A stretch of 64,000 nt of DNA from an uncultured Verrucomicrobiae bacterium (GTDB lineage: Bacteria > Verrucomicrobiota > Verrucomicrobiia > Chthoniobacterales > UBA10450), in contig CAVTMK010000004.1 in the NCBI GenBank assembly GCA_963735805.1, forward strand, positions 192,001 through 256,000, in the 5' to 3' direction. The translations under genes were made by a program, and so were the position numbers. Below the pieces are notes generated by a model that was given only the letters and a program-made list of their open reading frames with translations, made no database searches and was not told the DNA's origin. Shown one piece after another: positions 38,177 to 47,494 of the stretch. The number at the start of each line of letters is the position of its first letter. Within the stretch, counting starts at the first letter, position 1.

Positions 38177-38729
38177 CGTAAGTATTACTACGGATTGTTA
38201 GCGACAAAGTTTCAGCCAACAACAATCTGGCGGGAAAAAGGAATTGAATGGCTCGCTACTCCGGTCGCGAGCAGGATTCATTTTTTTCTTTTTTGGCCCC
38301 TGCGCTGTATGAGATTTGAATTCCTTTTGGTGTGAAGCCGAATCTTTTGAGGCTCGCCGCCGCTACAGATCCTGCTCTCCTCTGACCAAAGACCGGCGTG
38401 CAGCCGCAGTGTTCTAGCTACGAGATTCCTGATCTTCGGCCTGACTACGTTGGTCGGTGGCCTGTTTCCCTCTCGGAGTCTCAGGAGTTCCATTCGTGCC
38501 CGGCGCATCGAATAATTTGATTGAATCAGCGACTGCCGCGGATTCCGAATGGTTTCGCCGGTTTGTTTCAGACAGGGCAAAAATCTCCCGGAAGATCTCC
38601 GCCAAACGCTCCGCTCGCTCGTCTGGGACAGTCATCATGTTGCAGACGCCCCTTGCGCAAAATTTTGTCTGCCCTCGGGCTCGCTTTTTGATCGGAGGCG
38701 CGCAATTGCTCGCATGGGTTCCTCCCACT

Positions 38730-41273
38730 TTATTCGGTTCGTAACGCCGTCATTGGATTCACCCGAGTAGCGCGGCTCGCCGGAAAGAAACACGCAACAA
38801 GCGCGGCAGTTGCGAGCAACAAACTTGCGATGATGAGCGCCAGCGGATCGGTTGGACTTACTTGATACAAGATTTTGGCCAGGACGCGCCCTGCCCCCAA
38901 TGAAAGAACAAGCCCGATGCCGACGGCGAGAGCCGTTTGCATCGCCGCTTGTCGCATAATAAGGGCGAACACGTCGCGCCGATGGGCACCTAGTGCCATG
39001 CGGATTCCGATTTCCCGGGTCCGGCACGCGACGGAATAAGCTTTTACGCCATACACACCCACGACAGCCAGCAACAGGGCGATTGTGCCAAAAGCCCCGA
39101 AAAGAGTGGCTCCAAGTTTAACGATCCAAAGATTTGGCGACCTTTCCATCAGATCCACATACGGGACCATCTGCAGCAGCGGCAGATCGGGATCGAACTC
39201 GCGCAGGGTTTGTCGGAGCGTGGGCATGAACGCGATGACGGCACGCCGATCTTGCGTGTTGAGCCGTACATGCAGATAGGTCTGGCCGCTGTATCCCTGC
39301 GACAACGGGACAAACACACGGCAAATGACGGAATCGTTCTGAACGTCGTGTCGGTGCTTGCTCACGACACCGACTATTTCCATATCGTTAGGCGAGCCAT
39401 CCTTTGGAGGTTGCGTGTAGCGGATATGTTGACCAATCGGGTCTTCGTTCGGGAAAAGCTTTTTCGACATTTCTTCGTCGATGATCGCTACGCGGCGCGC
39501 CTCTTTGTTTTCGCACTCGTCCTGAGTGAAATCGCGACCCCGCAGGAGTTTTATGCCCAGCGCCTCGCAGTAGCCGGGCGTGATAGCGGTGTACAGCGAG
39601 TTAACGCTCGGGTCCGGCGCCTTCGGATCGTTAGGCATGGTGTCTTTTGTGCGAAGAACGCGGCGCGCGGTGGTGAAATCGGAATACGGCAGCATGGTGC
39701 CGATCGCTGAGGCAGTTACGCCGGGCAATTTTCGTAGGCGTTGTATCATCTCAAACATCAACCGACGCGAATCAACCGGCGCCTTTTTGATCAGGGTGAA
39801 ATCGAACTCAGTAATGAGATCGCCGGGCGCGATAAACCCTGGGTTAAGTCCAGCTGCTTTGAGCGCGCCCCGAAAGAATAATCCCGCCGCGAAAAGCAAC
39901 ATCAGCGAGAGCGCGATTTGCGCCATTACGGAAATATGACGCGGTGCAAAGAAACGACTCAAGCGGCCGATCCGGGCCGGTTCGCCGACCTGTTCCTTAA
40001 GGTCATTAACGAGATCGACCTTGGTTGCCTTCAGCGCCGGGCCGAGGCTGAAAAGCATTGTCGCGATGAGGCAAAAGAACAATGTGACTGCAAGGACCGC
40101 CGCATCCGGGTGCAGTTTGACGACGAAGGAAAAATTCACGGACGAAAGCAGGCCGCGCAGTTGTTGAAATAAAAGGTCGTTGCACCAGGCGCTGAAGAGG
40201 AGGCCGATGGCGCCGCCACAAAGGGCTAGCAGAAATCCTTCGCACAACAGCTGCCTGACAATTTGCCAGCGTGACGCGCCGACAGCCAGACGGACTGCGA
40301 TTTCCCTCGAGCGCGATGTGCCGCGCGCGAGCAGCATGTTCGCGAGATTCAGGCACGCGATGAGCAGGACCGCGCCGGCCATCGCCATGAGCAATGTCGC
40401 GACCAACGTGATTGGGCCGTCGTCCTCCGGTTGGGTGCTCAGGCTGAATCGCGATGGCGTTTGAATTTGCAACTCCCGCGCACCTTCGCTGCCCTCTGGT
40501 TGGGTTGCGTTCAATCGTTGGGCCAGAACGGGCAAACGCGCTTTCGCCGCCTCCATCGTCAGGCCGGGACGCAGCCGCGCCGTAAGATTGAACGTGTAAT
40601 TCTTCGGATTTAACAGGTCGTGCGTTGCTTCGGAATCGCCGAAAGCTGAACCGAGCTGCGAACGAATGCCGATCGGCACCCAGATATCGGGCGCGACCAA
40701 CGCGCTCGCGCCGCTGAATCCGTCCGGCGCGATGCCGATGACGGTGTAAGGTTGCCCGTTGATGTGAAGCGTGCTGCCGACAAAATCATTGCGGCCGCCG
40801 TTGCGCTTCCAAAAACCGTAGCTTGCCACGACCACAGCCAGGTTCGCATTTGGTCTGCATTCCTCGGCGTTATAAAACCGGCCGCGAAACGGCCGCACGC
40901 CCATCATTGGGAAATAATTCTCCGAAGTCAGAAAAGCGAAGCTGCGCCGCATTTCGTGGTCACGCCCGATGCCTGCGACCGCGAACTCGAGCGCGGCAAC
41001 ATTGACAAACAAGTCTCCGCCGTTCTCGCGCAGCTCGCGGTATTCGTTGTAGGAAAACTGGCGGTAATCGTGGGTCGCATTCTGTCGAGCCGTGAACACA
41101 TTCACGACTTCGTTGGGCCGAACCGGCACTACCGGCTTCAGCACGACTCCATTGATTAGGGCAAAAATGGCCGAGTTAACGCCGATCGCCATCGCAAGCG
41201 TCAACACTGCCACCATCGTGAATCCCGGCGTCTTGAGAAGTTGCCGCACAGCAAACCTGAAATCCTGGATCAT
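38730..41273 (-). CDS. MacB/FtsX-type duplicated ABC permease (ADOP-like)
   Basis: MIQDFRFAVRQL.KTPGFT, LLIACLNLANMLLAR, two REIxxRxAxGA motifs, terminal PMTALRTE. Confidence 0.92.
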   Translation of the reverse strand: MIQDFRFAVRQLLKTPGFTMVAVLTLAMAIGVNSAIFALINGVVLKPVVPVRPNEVVNVFTARQNATHDYRQFSYNEYRELRENGGDLFVNVAALEFAVAGIGRDHEMRRSFAFLTSENYFPMMGVRPFRGRFYNAEECRPNANLAVVVASYGFWKRNGGRNDFVGSTLHINGQPYTVIGIAPDGFSGASALVAPDIWVPIGIRSQLGSAFGDSEATHDLLNPKNYTFNLTARLRPGLTMEAAKARLPVLAQRLNATQPEGSEGARELQIQTPSRFSLSTQPEDDGPITLVATLLMAMAGAVLLIACLNLANMLLARGTSRSREIAVRLAVGASRWQIVRQLLCEGFLLALCGGAIGLLFSAWCNDLLFQQLRGLLSSVNFSFVVKLHPDAAVLAVTLFFCLIATMLFSLGPALKATKVDLVNDLKEQVGEPARIGRLSRFFAPRHISVMAQIALSLMLLFAAGLFFRGALKAAGLNPGFIAPGDLITEFDFTLIKKAPVDSRRLMFEMIQRLRKLPGVTASAIGTMLPYSDFTTARRVLRTKDTMPNDPKAPDPSVNSLYTAITPGYCEALGIKLLRGRDFTQDECENKEARRVAIIDEEMSKKLFPNEDPIGQHIRYTQPPKDGSPNDMEIVGVVSKHRHDVQNDSVICRVFVPLSQGYSGQTYLHVRLNTQDRRAVIAFMPTLRQTLREFDPDLPLLQMVPYVDLMERSPNLWIVKLGATLFGAFGTIALLLAVVGVYGVKAYSVACRTREIGIRMALGAHRRDVFALIMRQAAMQTALAVGIGLVLSLGAGRVLAKILYQVSPTDPLALIIASLLLATAALVACFFPASRATRVNPMTALRTE

Positions 41274-41485
41274 GACGATTGTTCCTTTGTTTCCACTGAG
41301 ATGCAGGCTGCATGGACTTTGGATTCAACAGTTGCGCGGGGTGCGAAATATTTTTGCCTTAACGACGGGCGTCATCACCCGATCGATCGCCACAAATGCG
41401 GTCGCTACAGCGTAACCTGTAGGGATTCAGGCCGCTGATACCTTTCACGGAGCCATGCGTGCATCGAGTCCAGCTCGGGCACATT

Positions 41486-42169
41486 CTACCAGACAAATGG
41501 TATGAGTCTGTAGCGGACTTCTTCTGTGTAGGCTTCGTAGCCTTTTAATTCGCGCTTCAAGAACCGTTCCTCGAGTACACTTCGCACTGCTAATACCGCG
41601 ATGGGAACGACTGCCAGAACGGCGGCAACATATGACTGTAGCCACAGGGCTGGGCCTATCGCCATCGGGACAAAGCCTGCATACATCGGATGCCGCACGA
41701 CCGTATAGATACCAGTGTCGATGACTCGTTGGTGCCTTTCTTCCTGGAGCCTGACGACTGGCACGGCAAACGGATTGGCTTTCATTGCGAGAGTCATGAT
41801 CCACCAACCCGCTACATAAAGCGGAAGCCCAACGCACGAAATGAGCGCACCCGGTCTTGGCAAAACATGAAATCGAAACACATCAAGCGGAATAAAGATG
41901 ATCTGCCCGACGTACGAGACGACCAGCAGAATTACGAGCGCTCGGTCCCACAGCGGTTGTCCCTTTTGTATGATCCCCTTGGCGCGCTGGGAGAAGAGGT
42001 CAGCGCTATCAGGTAAAATGCTGAAGATGGCCGCAGCCATCACAATCACGGTAACAGCCAGGAACGCCCATGCCCGCCACCAGCGCAACGTGCCAGCCGG
42101 CACAAAGAGCAGGAGCGCGTAAAACGCGACGTTGAAGACAACACCAGCAATGACTTTGGGAACGGACAT
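41486..42169 (-). CDS. Isoprenylcysteine carboxyl methyltransferase (ICMT/PEMT) family membrane protein
   Basis: TGIYTVVRHPMY, EERFL, Y..Y...VRYRLIPFVW. Confidence 0.88.
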   Translation of the reverse strand: MSVPKVIAGVVFNVAFYALLLFVPAGTLRWWRAWAFLAVTVIVMAAAIFSILPDSADLFSQRAKGIIQKGQPLWDRALVILLVVSYVGQIIFIPLDVFRFHVLPRPGALISCVGLPLYVAGWWIMTLAMKANPFAVPVVRLQEERHQRVIDTGIYTVVRHPMYAGFVPMAIGPALWLQSYVAAVLAVVPIAVLAVRSVLEERFLKRELKGYEAYTEEVRYRLIPFVW

Positions 42170-42185
42170 CGCGTGGTCGGGAAGT

Positions 42186-42210
42186 AATTAGCAATTAGCA
42201 ATCAGCAATC
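42186..42210. repeat. Heptamer tandem repeat
   Basis: AATTAGC AATTAGC AATCAGC AATC. Confidence 0.7.
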
Positions 42211-42253
42211 CGTGCTGAGAATGCTATGACGAACCCTAACATGAACCGACCGG

Positions 42254-43315
42254 TTACTTCGCCGAATAGCGTCGCTCATGGTCTAATAACCATTTCTTGC
42301 GCCACAAACCGCCGCCGTATCCGCAAAGCGTGCCGTCCGCACGGATCACACGGTGACACGGAATGATGATGCAGATCATGTTTGTGCCGTTTGCCCGGCC
42401 CACAGCCCGGCGCGCATTTTCATCTCCCAAACGTTTCGCCATCCAGGAATACGAGCGTGTTTCGCCGAGGGGAATCGACTGCAGAATTTTCCAGGCCCGC
42501 AGTTGAAATGGCGAACCAACCGGCGCCAGTGGAATGTCGAATTCAAGGTTTTTGCCCGAAAAGTAATTGGCCAATTGGGAACGGACCACGTCCAGATGAC
42601 GGTGTTTACCCGGTACTACATTTGTCCGCAATCGGTTTCGCAAGGTGGACAACTCGCGTTCGGTCGCGCGGCGGTCAATAAACTCGAGCAGACGCAAACC
42701 TTCGTCGTCGGCAACGGCAATTATTGGTCCGAGTGGCGTATCGATTCGCTCCGCAAATAAAGGTGCGTGCGTCTTCGCGTTGCTCGGCGGCTCACCAAAA
42801 ATCTTCGTGAACGCTTCTCGAAAACCGCTCTCCGATTCAAAGCCACTGCCGTTTCGCGCTTTCTCGACGCGATCACCTCCTCTTACCTGGCTCAGAGCAA
42901 GACCCATTCGGCGCGCGCGATGATAAGCCTGGAAGGTCATTCCATAATGCCTTTTGAATTGACGGCGCGCCGTCGAGGGATCAATCGCCAGTGCCGTCAG
43001 CTCCTTGTCTGTGAGCCGTCCGTCTGGGGCGCGTTCGACCTCCCTGCGGAGACGCTCAATCAATTTAGGCGGGCGTTGATTCGGATCCATGGGATGGCAT
43101 CGCATGCATGGACGATAACCGCTCCCAAGCGCTTCACTCCACGTCGCAAAGAAATCGACATTCTCCGGCGCCGGCTTTTTTGCCGCGCACGTCGGCCGGC
43201 AGAAAATTCCCGTCGTTCGCACTCCGACAAAAAATATGCCTTCAAAACTCGAATCTCGATTCACCAACGCGCGATACATCATTTCCGTCGGCGGAAGAAG
43301 TTCCATTGTTTTCAT
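42254..43315 (-). CDS. ada: Bifunctional Ada regulator / methylated-DNA-protein-cysteine methyltransferase
   Basis: Ada Zn domain TTGIFCRPTC..PCMRC, AraC-type HTH, ARRAVG, IPCHRV active site. Confidence 0.95.
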   Translation of the reverse strand: MKTMELLPPTEMMYRALVNRDSSFEGIFFVGVRTTGIFCRPTCAAKKPAPENVDFFATWSEALGSGYRPCMRCHPMDPNQRPPKLIERLRREVERAPDGRLTDKELTALAIDPSTARRQFKRHYGMTFQAYHRARRMGLALSQVRGGDRVEKARNGSGFESESGFREAFTKIFGEPPSNAKTHAPLFAERIDTPLGPIIAVADDEGLRLLEFIDRRATERELSTLRNRLRTNVVPGKHRHLDVVRSQLANYFSGKNLEFDIPLAPVGSPFQLRAWKILQSIPLGETRSYSWMAKRLGDENARRAVGRANGTNMICIIIPCHRVIRADGTLCGYGGGLWRKKWLLDHERRYSAK

Positions 43316-43346
43316 GTTAACAAATTAGGCGTTCCAGTGTATCGAC

Positions 43347-43365
43347 GCATCGACGAAATTCGGGC
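43347..43365 (-). promoter_or_regulatory. Candidate Ada operator (copy 1)
   Basis: GCCCGAATTTCGTCGATGC, 32 nt upstream of the ada ATG; identical copy at 43879-43897. Confidence 0.7.
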
Positions 43366-43379
43366 AACAATTCGACTCG

Positions 43380-43847
43380 TCATGCGCGTTGGATTCGAAA
43401 CGTAAAACAGCCGCGAGTAACGCTACGCGCATCAACAAATGCCGTTTTCGGATTCTGCAGGAGCTTTTCAACCAGTGGCTCCGGATCGCCTTCCTGCGCG
43501 ACTTCGGCGTCGATCATGTTGTAATTTGAATCGTAGGCGCGCAACACACGGCCATTGCGAAAATCAGCCGGATATTCTCCAGTGGCGCTGTAACGCCTGC
43601 ACGCCTCAGCGTGAACAAAAATCGGTCCGGTCTCGGAATATGGATAACCGGCTGGAATCGAAGCGTACGGAAACAGAATGACGCGCTCACCAGGTTGAGC
43701 CCAATGCAGACAGTGCCGGCACGGATAACCGGTTGCCGAATCCACCTTCACGATAACGTGGTCTTCAGCCCCAGACTCCGCGGCGCGGCGCGCGTTTTCA
43801 GCGATATCCGTCGGAAGTGGAACAATACGAAGTGTTGATGTTTTCAT
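43380..43847 (-). CDS. DUF1203-like protein
   Basis: GYPCRHCL, PYSETGPIFVH, LRAYD, GCF motifs. Confidence 0.85.
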   Translation of the reverse strand: MKTSTLRIVPLPTDIAENARRAAESGAEDHVIVKVDSATGYPCRHCLHWAQPGERVILFPYASIPAGYPYSETGPIFVHAEACRRYSATGEYPADFRNGRVLRAYDSNYNMIDAEVAQEGDPEPLVEKLLQNPKTAFVDARSVTRGCFTFRIQRA

Positions 43848-43878
43848 GACGCAAATTGACTCCGCTCCCTCGCAGCCT

Positions 43879-43897
43879 GCATCGACGAAATTCGGGC
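43879..43897 (-). promoter_or_regulatory. Candidate Ada operator (copy 2)
   Basis: Identical 19-mer, 32 nt upstream of the DUF1203 ATG. Confidence 0.7.
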
Positions 43898-43931
43898 GTC
43901 GAATTCTAAGCGTCGCTCGGGACTTTGTTGG

Positions 43932-44777
43932 TTATATGGATTCAGCGACAATTTTTGCGACCTCGGCGATGGCTGCCGTTCGCTCGTTTGCGTTCGCTGT
44001 TGAGCCTACCGAATAAATGGCCAAAAAGATCGGCGCGCGATCAGGCGGATACAGGACGGCAATGTCATTCGTCGCGCCGTTTGCGCCGCGCCCGGTCTTG
44101 TCGCCAATCTTCCAGCTATTCGGAATTCCCGCCCGGATCAATTCTGCTCCAGTTTCATTGTGCCGTAACCAATCTTCCAGCTGACGGCGCGATGCTTCTG
44201 ATAAAACGCCGCCGAGCAATAGCTTCTGCATGTCGGAACAAATCGCCGCAGGCGTCGTTGTATCGCGCTCGTCGCCGGGAATGGCGCTGTTCAGGTCCGG
44301 TTCTTTGCGGTCAAGCCGCGTCGCGTTATCACCGAGGGTGCGCGCAAAATTCGTCAGGCCCGCAGGTCCGCCAATGGCTTCCAGGAGGAGGTTGCCGGCT
44401 GTATTATCGCTTTGTTCGATCGCGGCGGCGCATAGCGCGCCCAGCGTCATGCCGCCATCTTTGAGATGTGCCTTTGTGACTGGCGCATATTCCAGGATGG
44501 CTTTCGCGTCATAAGACACGAATCGATCCAATTTATCTTGTTTTTCATCGACGCGTTTCAACACAGCAGCAGCCGCGAGAAGTTTGAACGTGCTGCACAT
44601 CGGAAATCGCTCATCTGCCCGATAACTAATACGTTTGCTGTTGCTGATATCGAACACGGCCACGCCGATTCGGCCACCGATTCGTGTCTCTATTGCCGCA
44701 ATGCGAGCTGCCGCATCATTTTCGCCAAACGTTGCGCTGGCAGCCAGGAAGATTAGCGACAACAAACTTTTTACCAT
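43932..44777 (-). CDS. bla: Class A serine beta-lactamase
   Basis: FPMCSTFK (SxxK), SDN, omega-loop EPDLN, DTTTP, DKTG; signal peptide from ATG 44777. Confidence 0.95.
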   Translation of the reverse strand: MVKSLLSLIFLAASATFGENDAAARIAAIETRIGGRIGVAVFDISNSKRISYRADERFPMCSTFKLLAAAAVLKRVDEKQDKLDRFVSYDAKAILEYAPVTKAHLKDGGMTLGALCAAAIEQSDNTAGNLLLEAIGGPAGLTNFARTLGDNATRLDRKEPDLNSAIPGDERDTTTPAAICSDMQKLLLGGVLSEASRRQLEDWLRHNETGAELIRAGIPNSWKIGDKTGRGANGATNDIAVLYPPDRAPIFLAIYSVGSTANANERTAAIAEVAKIVAESI

Positions 44778-45235
44778 CGATGAAACGCGGGATGACCTTC
44801 TTTCACCGGGACAAAAATTCCGCGACACGTTGCGCATACCTTTCCACGCGCGGTGAGTGTCCCTTCAATCGTCGCACGATCGTCGGTCAGATCGACAACC
44901 TTTGCGGAGAGAAAAACCGTGCCATCCGTCGGCGTGGGTCGGAGCAATTTGATTGCATACTCCGCCGTGACAGTGCACGGCGGATGATCCTCCCTTGTGT
45001 GCTTCATCAGATGATAGGCTGCCGTCCAATTGCAATGGCAATCGAGCAACGTGCCGATGACGCCGCCATTCAGAACCCCCTCAAACGCTTCGTATTTTTT
45101 TTCTGGTCTCCACTCTGCAACCACTTCCCCGTTTTTAGGAAAGCTGCGGATATGCAATCCTTCGGTATTCGCCGGACCACAACCCCAACAGGCATTCTTC
45201 GGTGCGTACTGTTCCTGAAGCGACTCGCCAATCAT
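44771..45235 (-). CDS. PaaI/hotdog-fold thioesterase
   Basis: CWGCGPAN..GL, GVLNGGVIGTLLD, VTAEY.IKLLRP. Confidence 0.88.
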   Translation of the reverse strand: MIGESLQEQYAPKNACWGCGPANTEGLHIRSFPKNGEVVAEWRPEKKYEAFEGVLNGGVIGTLLDCHCNWTAAYHLMKHTREDHPPCTVTAEYAIKLLRPTPTDGTVFLSAKVVDLTDDRATIEGTLTARGKVCATCRGIFVPVKEGHPAFHRW

Positions 45236-45275
45236 GCTGAGATTAATGAGGCGGCAGAGCCGCAGTTTTTCTGCC

Positions 45276-45302
45276 AACGCGTTGAAGACAACGCGTTCCA
45301 CC
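45276..45302. repeat. REP-like palindrome (GTGG-type end)
   Basis: AACGCGTTG-AAGA-CAACGCGTT followed by CCACC. Confidence 0.55.
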
Positions 45303-45401
45303 TCCGAATTCGCAAAAGGTGGATCGGCTGCTCCGAAGACGATGCCAAGTCCAATCGCCGAAGCCGCAGCATTTTTCCGCTTCGTGATTCAAACTATCGA
45401 T

Positions 45402-46541
45402 TTATTCACCGCGGACATGGGAACCTGGATACGCACGCAATTCGTGCCCAATGTAAAGCGAGCGCGGCCGAATGAGCCGATTATGATCGTGCTGCTCGGT
45501 CACGTGCGCGCACCAGCCGGCCACGCGTGAGGCTGCAAAGAGAGGCGTGTTCAATTCCGGTGGAAATCCAAGCATCCAAAACACCGGCGCCGCGTAAAGA
45601 TCGACATTGGCACAAAGATGTTTTTCGCGGTCCATTACTTCCTCGAGCTTTTCGCAGATTGGCACCCATTGTTCCTTTCCGATTCGCTTGCCCAGATCGC
45701 GCCCAATCTCACGCATTACGGGCACCCGTGAATCGCCCTTTTTGTAAACGCGATGGCCGAACCCCATGATCTTGTCCTTGGTCCCCAATTTTCTCATTAA
45801 CCAGGCTTCCGCGCGATCAGGTGTCCCGATCTCTTCGAGCATCTTCATCGACTCCTCGTTGGCACCGCCGTGCAGCGGACCTTTAAGCGTCGCTACCGCT
45901 GAGGTGACCGCAGCGTAGATTCCCGCCAGTGTGGAAGCGGTCACGCGTGCGGCAAATGTGGACGCGTTAAATTCGTGATCGGCGTAAAGATTGAAAATTG
46001 TATCCAGCATTCGGATTTGCCAATCCTGCGGAACTTTGCCCTCCAATTTGTAGAAGAAATTGCCGGCTTGTGTGAGATCAGGCTTTTCTGGGATGGGCTC
46101 TTCACCATGTGAGATGCGCCAGCCGTCAGTGATCAGGGTCGAAACACGCGCAATCAGGCGGATTGATTTACGGATGTTCGCGTCGTGCGAATTGTCGCTC
46201 AGATCCTTATCAAAAGCGCTCAGCATCGACACGCCGGTACGCAACATGTCCATCGGATGAGTCTTGCCCGGGAGAAGCCGGAGCATTTGGGTCACCGGAC
46301 CTGGCAACGATCGTTCCGCGGCAATTTGCTGCGTGAACTCGACTAATTGTTTCCCGTTGGGTAACTCCCCATTAAGCAGCAGGTAAGCAACTTCTTCAAA
46401 ACTCGCTTTCTGCGCCATTTCATGAATGTCATAGCCGCGGTACATCAGACCCGCGTTCGGATCGACCCAGCAAATTGCCGTCTCGCCTGCAATCACACCC
46501 GCTAATCCCGGGCTGTATTCTGGTTTCTTTTCAGTAGCCAT
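45402..46541 (-). CDS. prpC: 2-methylcitrate/citrate synthase
   Basis: DHEFNAST, GPLHGGANE, GFGHRVY, NVD, RLIRP; context of prpB and prpD. Confidence 0.85.
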   Translation of the reverse strand: MATEKKPEYSPGLAGVIAGETAICWVDPNAGLMYRGYDIHEMAQKASFEEVAYLLLNGELPNGKQLVEFTQQIAAERSLPGPVTQMLRLLPGKTHPMDMLRTGVSMLSAFDKDLSDNSHDANIRKSIRLIARVSTLITDGWRISHGEEPIPEKPDLTQAGNFFYKLEGKVPQDWQIRMLDTIFNLYADHEFNASTFAARVTASTLAGIYAAVTSAVATLKGPLHGGANEESMKMLEEIGTPDRAEAWLMRKLGTKDKIMGFGHRVYKKGDSRVPVMREIGRDLGKRIGKEQWVPICEKLEEVMDREKHLCANVDLYAAPVFWMLGFPPELNTPLFAASRVAGWCAHVTEQHDHNRLIRPRSLYIGHELRAYPGSHVRGE

Positions 46542-46601
46542 TGGTTTCTCTTTACTTGTGAATCACAATCGTTCAACTCATCGGACTTAACCAGTTAAGA
46601 T

Positions 46602-47468
46602 TCAACATCCACCCTTCCAACTTTCCGCTGCCGGGTCGTAATCGAGCAATTCATAAAGCTGTTCCCGCGTTTGCATCTTATCGATCCAACCCGATTGCGT
46701 TCCTTGTTTCTTCAGATCGCGCAAAAATTCCTCGCTCGCTTTCATTGAAATCCGAAACGCGCTCTGCGGAAAAATTGCCATTCTGTATCCGAAGTCTGAG
46801 AGTTCTTGAAACGAAAGAAGAGGACTTTTACCGAACTCAGTCATATTCGCGAGGAGGGGTGCATTCACTTCGCGAGCGAACCTCTTGAATTCATCCGCGC
46901 TTTGCAGGGCTTCAGGGAAAATCGCATCCGCACCCGCCTCGAGATAACGGCGGGATCGTTCCACGGCACGATCGAAACTTTCGACTGCTCGGGCATCTGT
47001 ACGCGCAATGATCACAAAATCGTCGTCTCGGCGGGCGTCCACCGCCGCTTTGATTCTCCCGGTCATTTCATCAACGTCGACCACCGATTTGCCGGCAAGA
47101 TGTCCGCAGCGCTTGGGAAATTCCTGGTCTTCAATGTGACAGCCAGCCAGGCCCGCTTTTTCGAGTTCGCGAATGGTGCGCGCGACATTCTCCGTGCCAC
47201 CGAAACCGGTGTCCGCATCGACGATTGCGGGGATCGTCACCGCGTTCGCAACATACCCGGCCAGCCTCACAACCTCTGTCATCGAGAGCAACCCGATATC
47301 CGGCACGCCGGCGGTTGCATTCGCCATTCCCGCGCCGCTGATGTACACCGCATCAAAGCCGGCACGCTCCACTTGCCGCGCGATTGCCGCGTTCGGCACA
47401 CCGGGCAGCATGACACAACCTTGTCCAATCAATTCACGTAATCGCGCCGGTTTGCTTCTTTTTGTCAT
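46602..47468 (-). CDS. prpB: 2-methylisocitrate lyase
   Basis: DADTGFG, IEDQ..PKRCGH, ARTDA, LANMTEFGKSP. Confidence 0.93.
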   Translation of the reverse strand: MTKRSKPARLRELIGQGCVMLPGVPNAAIARQVERAGFDAVYISGAGMANATAGVPDIGLLSMTEVVRLAGYVANAVTIPAIVDADTGFGGTENVARTIRELEKAGLAGCHIEDQEFPKRCGHLAGKSVVDVDEMTGRIKAAVDARRDDDFVIIARTDARAVESFDRAVERSRRYLEAGADAIFPEALQSADEFKRFAREVNAPLLANMTEFGKSPLLSFQELSDFGYRMAIFPQSAFRISMKASEEFLRDLKKQGTQSGWIDKMQTREQLYELLDYDPAAESWKGGC

Positions 47469-47494
47469 GTCCAGCGAAGTCGCGACTTTCCTTG

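Noticed and set aside
44684..45475. 263-aa plus-strand ORF
   Set aside because: Antisense to the thioesterase and bla genes and runs through a REP-like palindrome.
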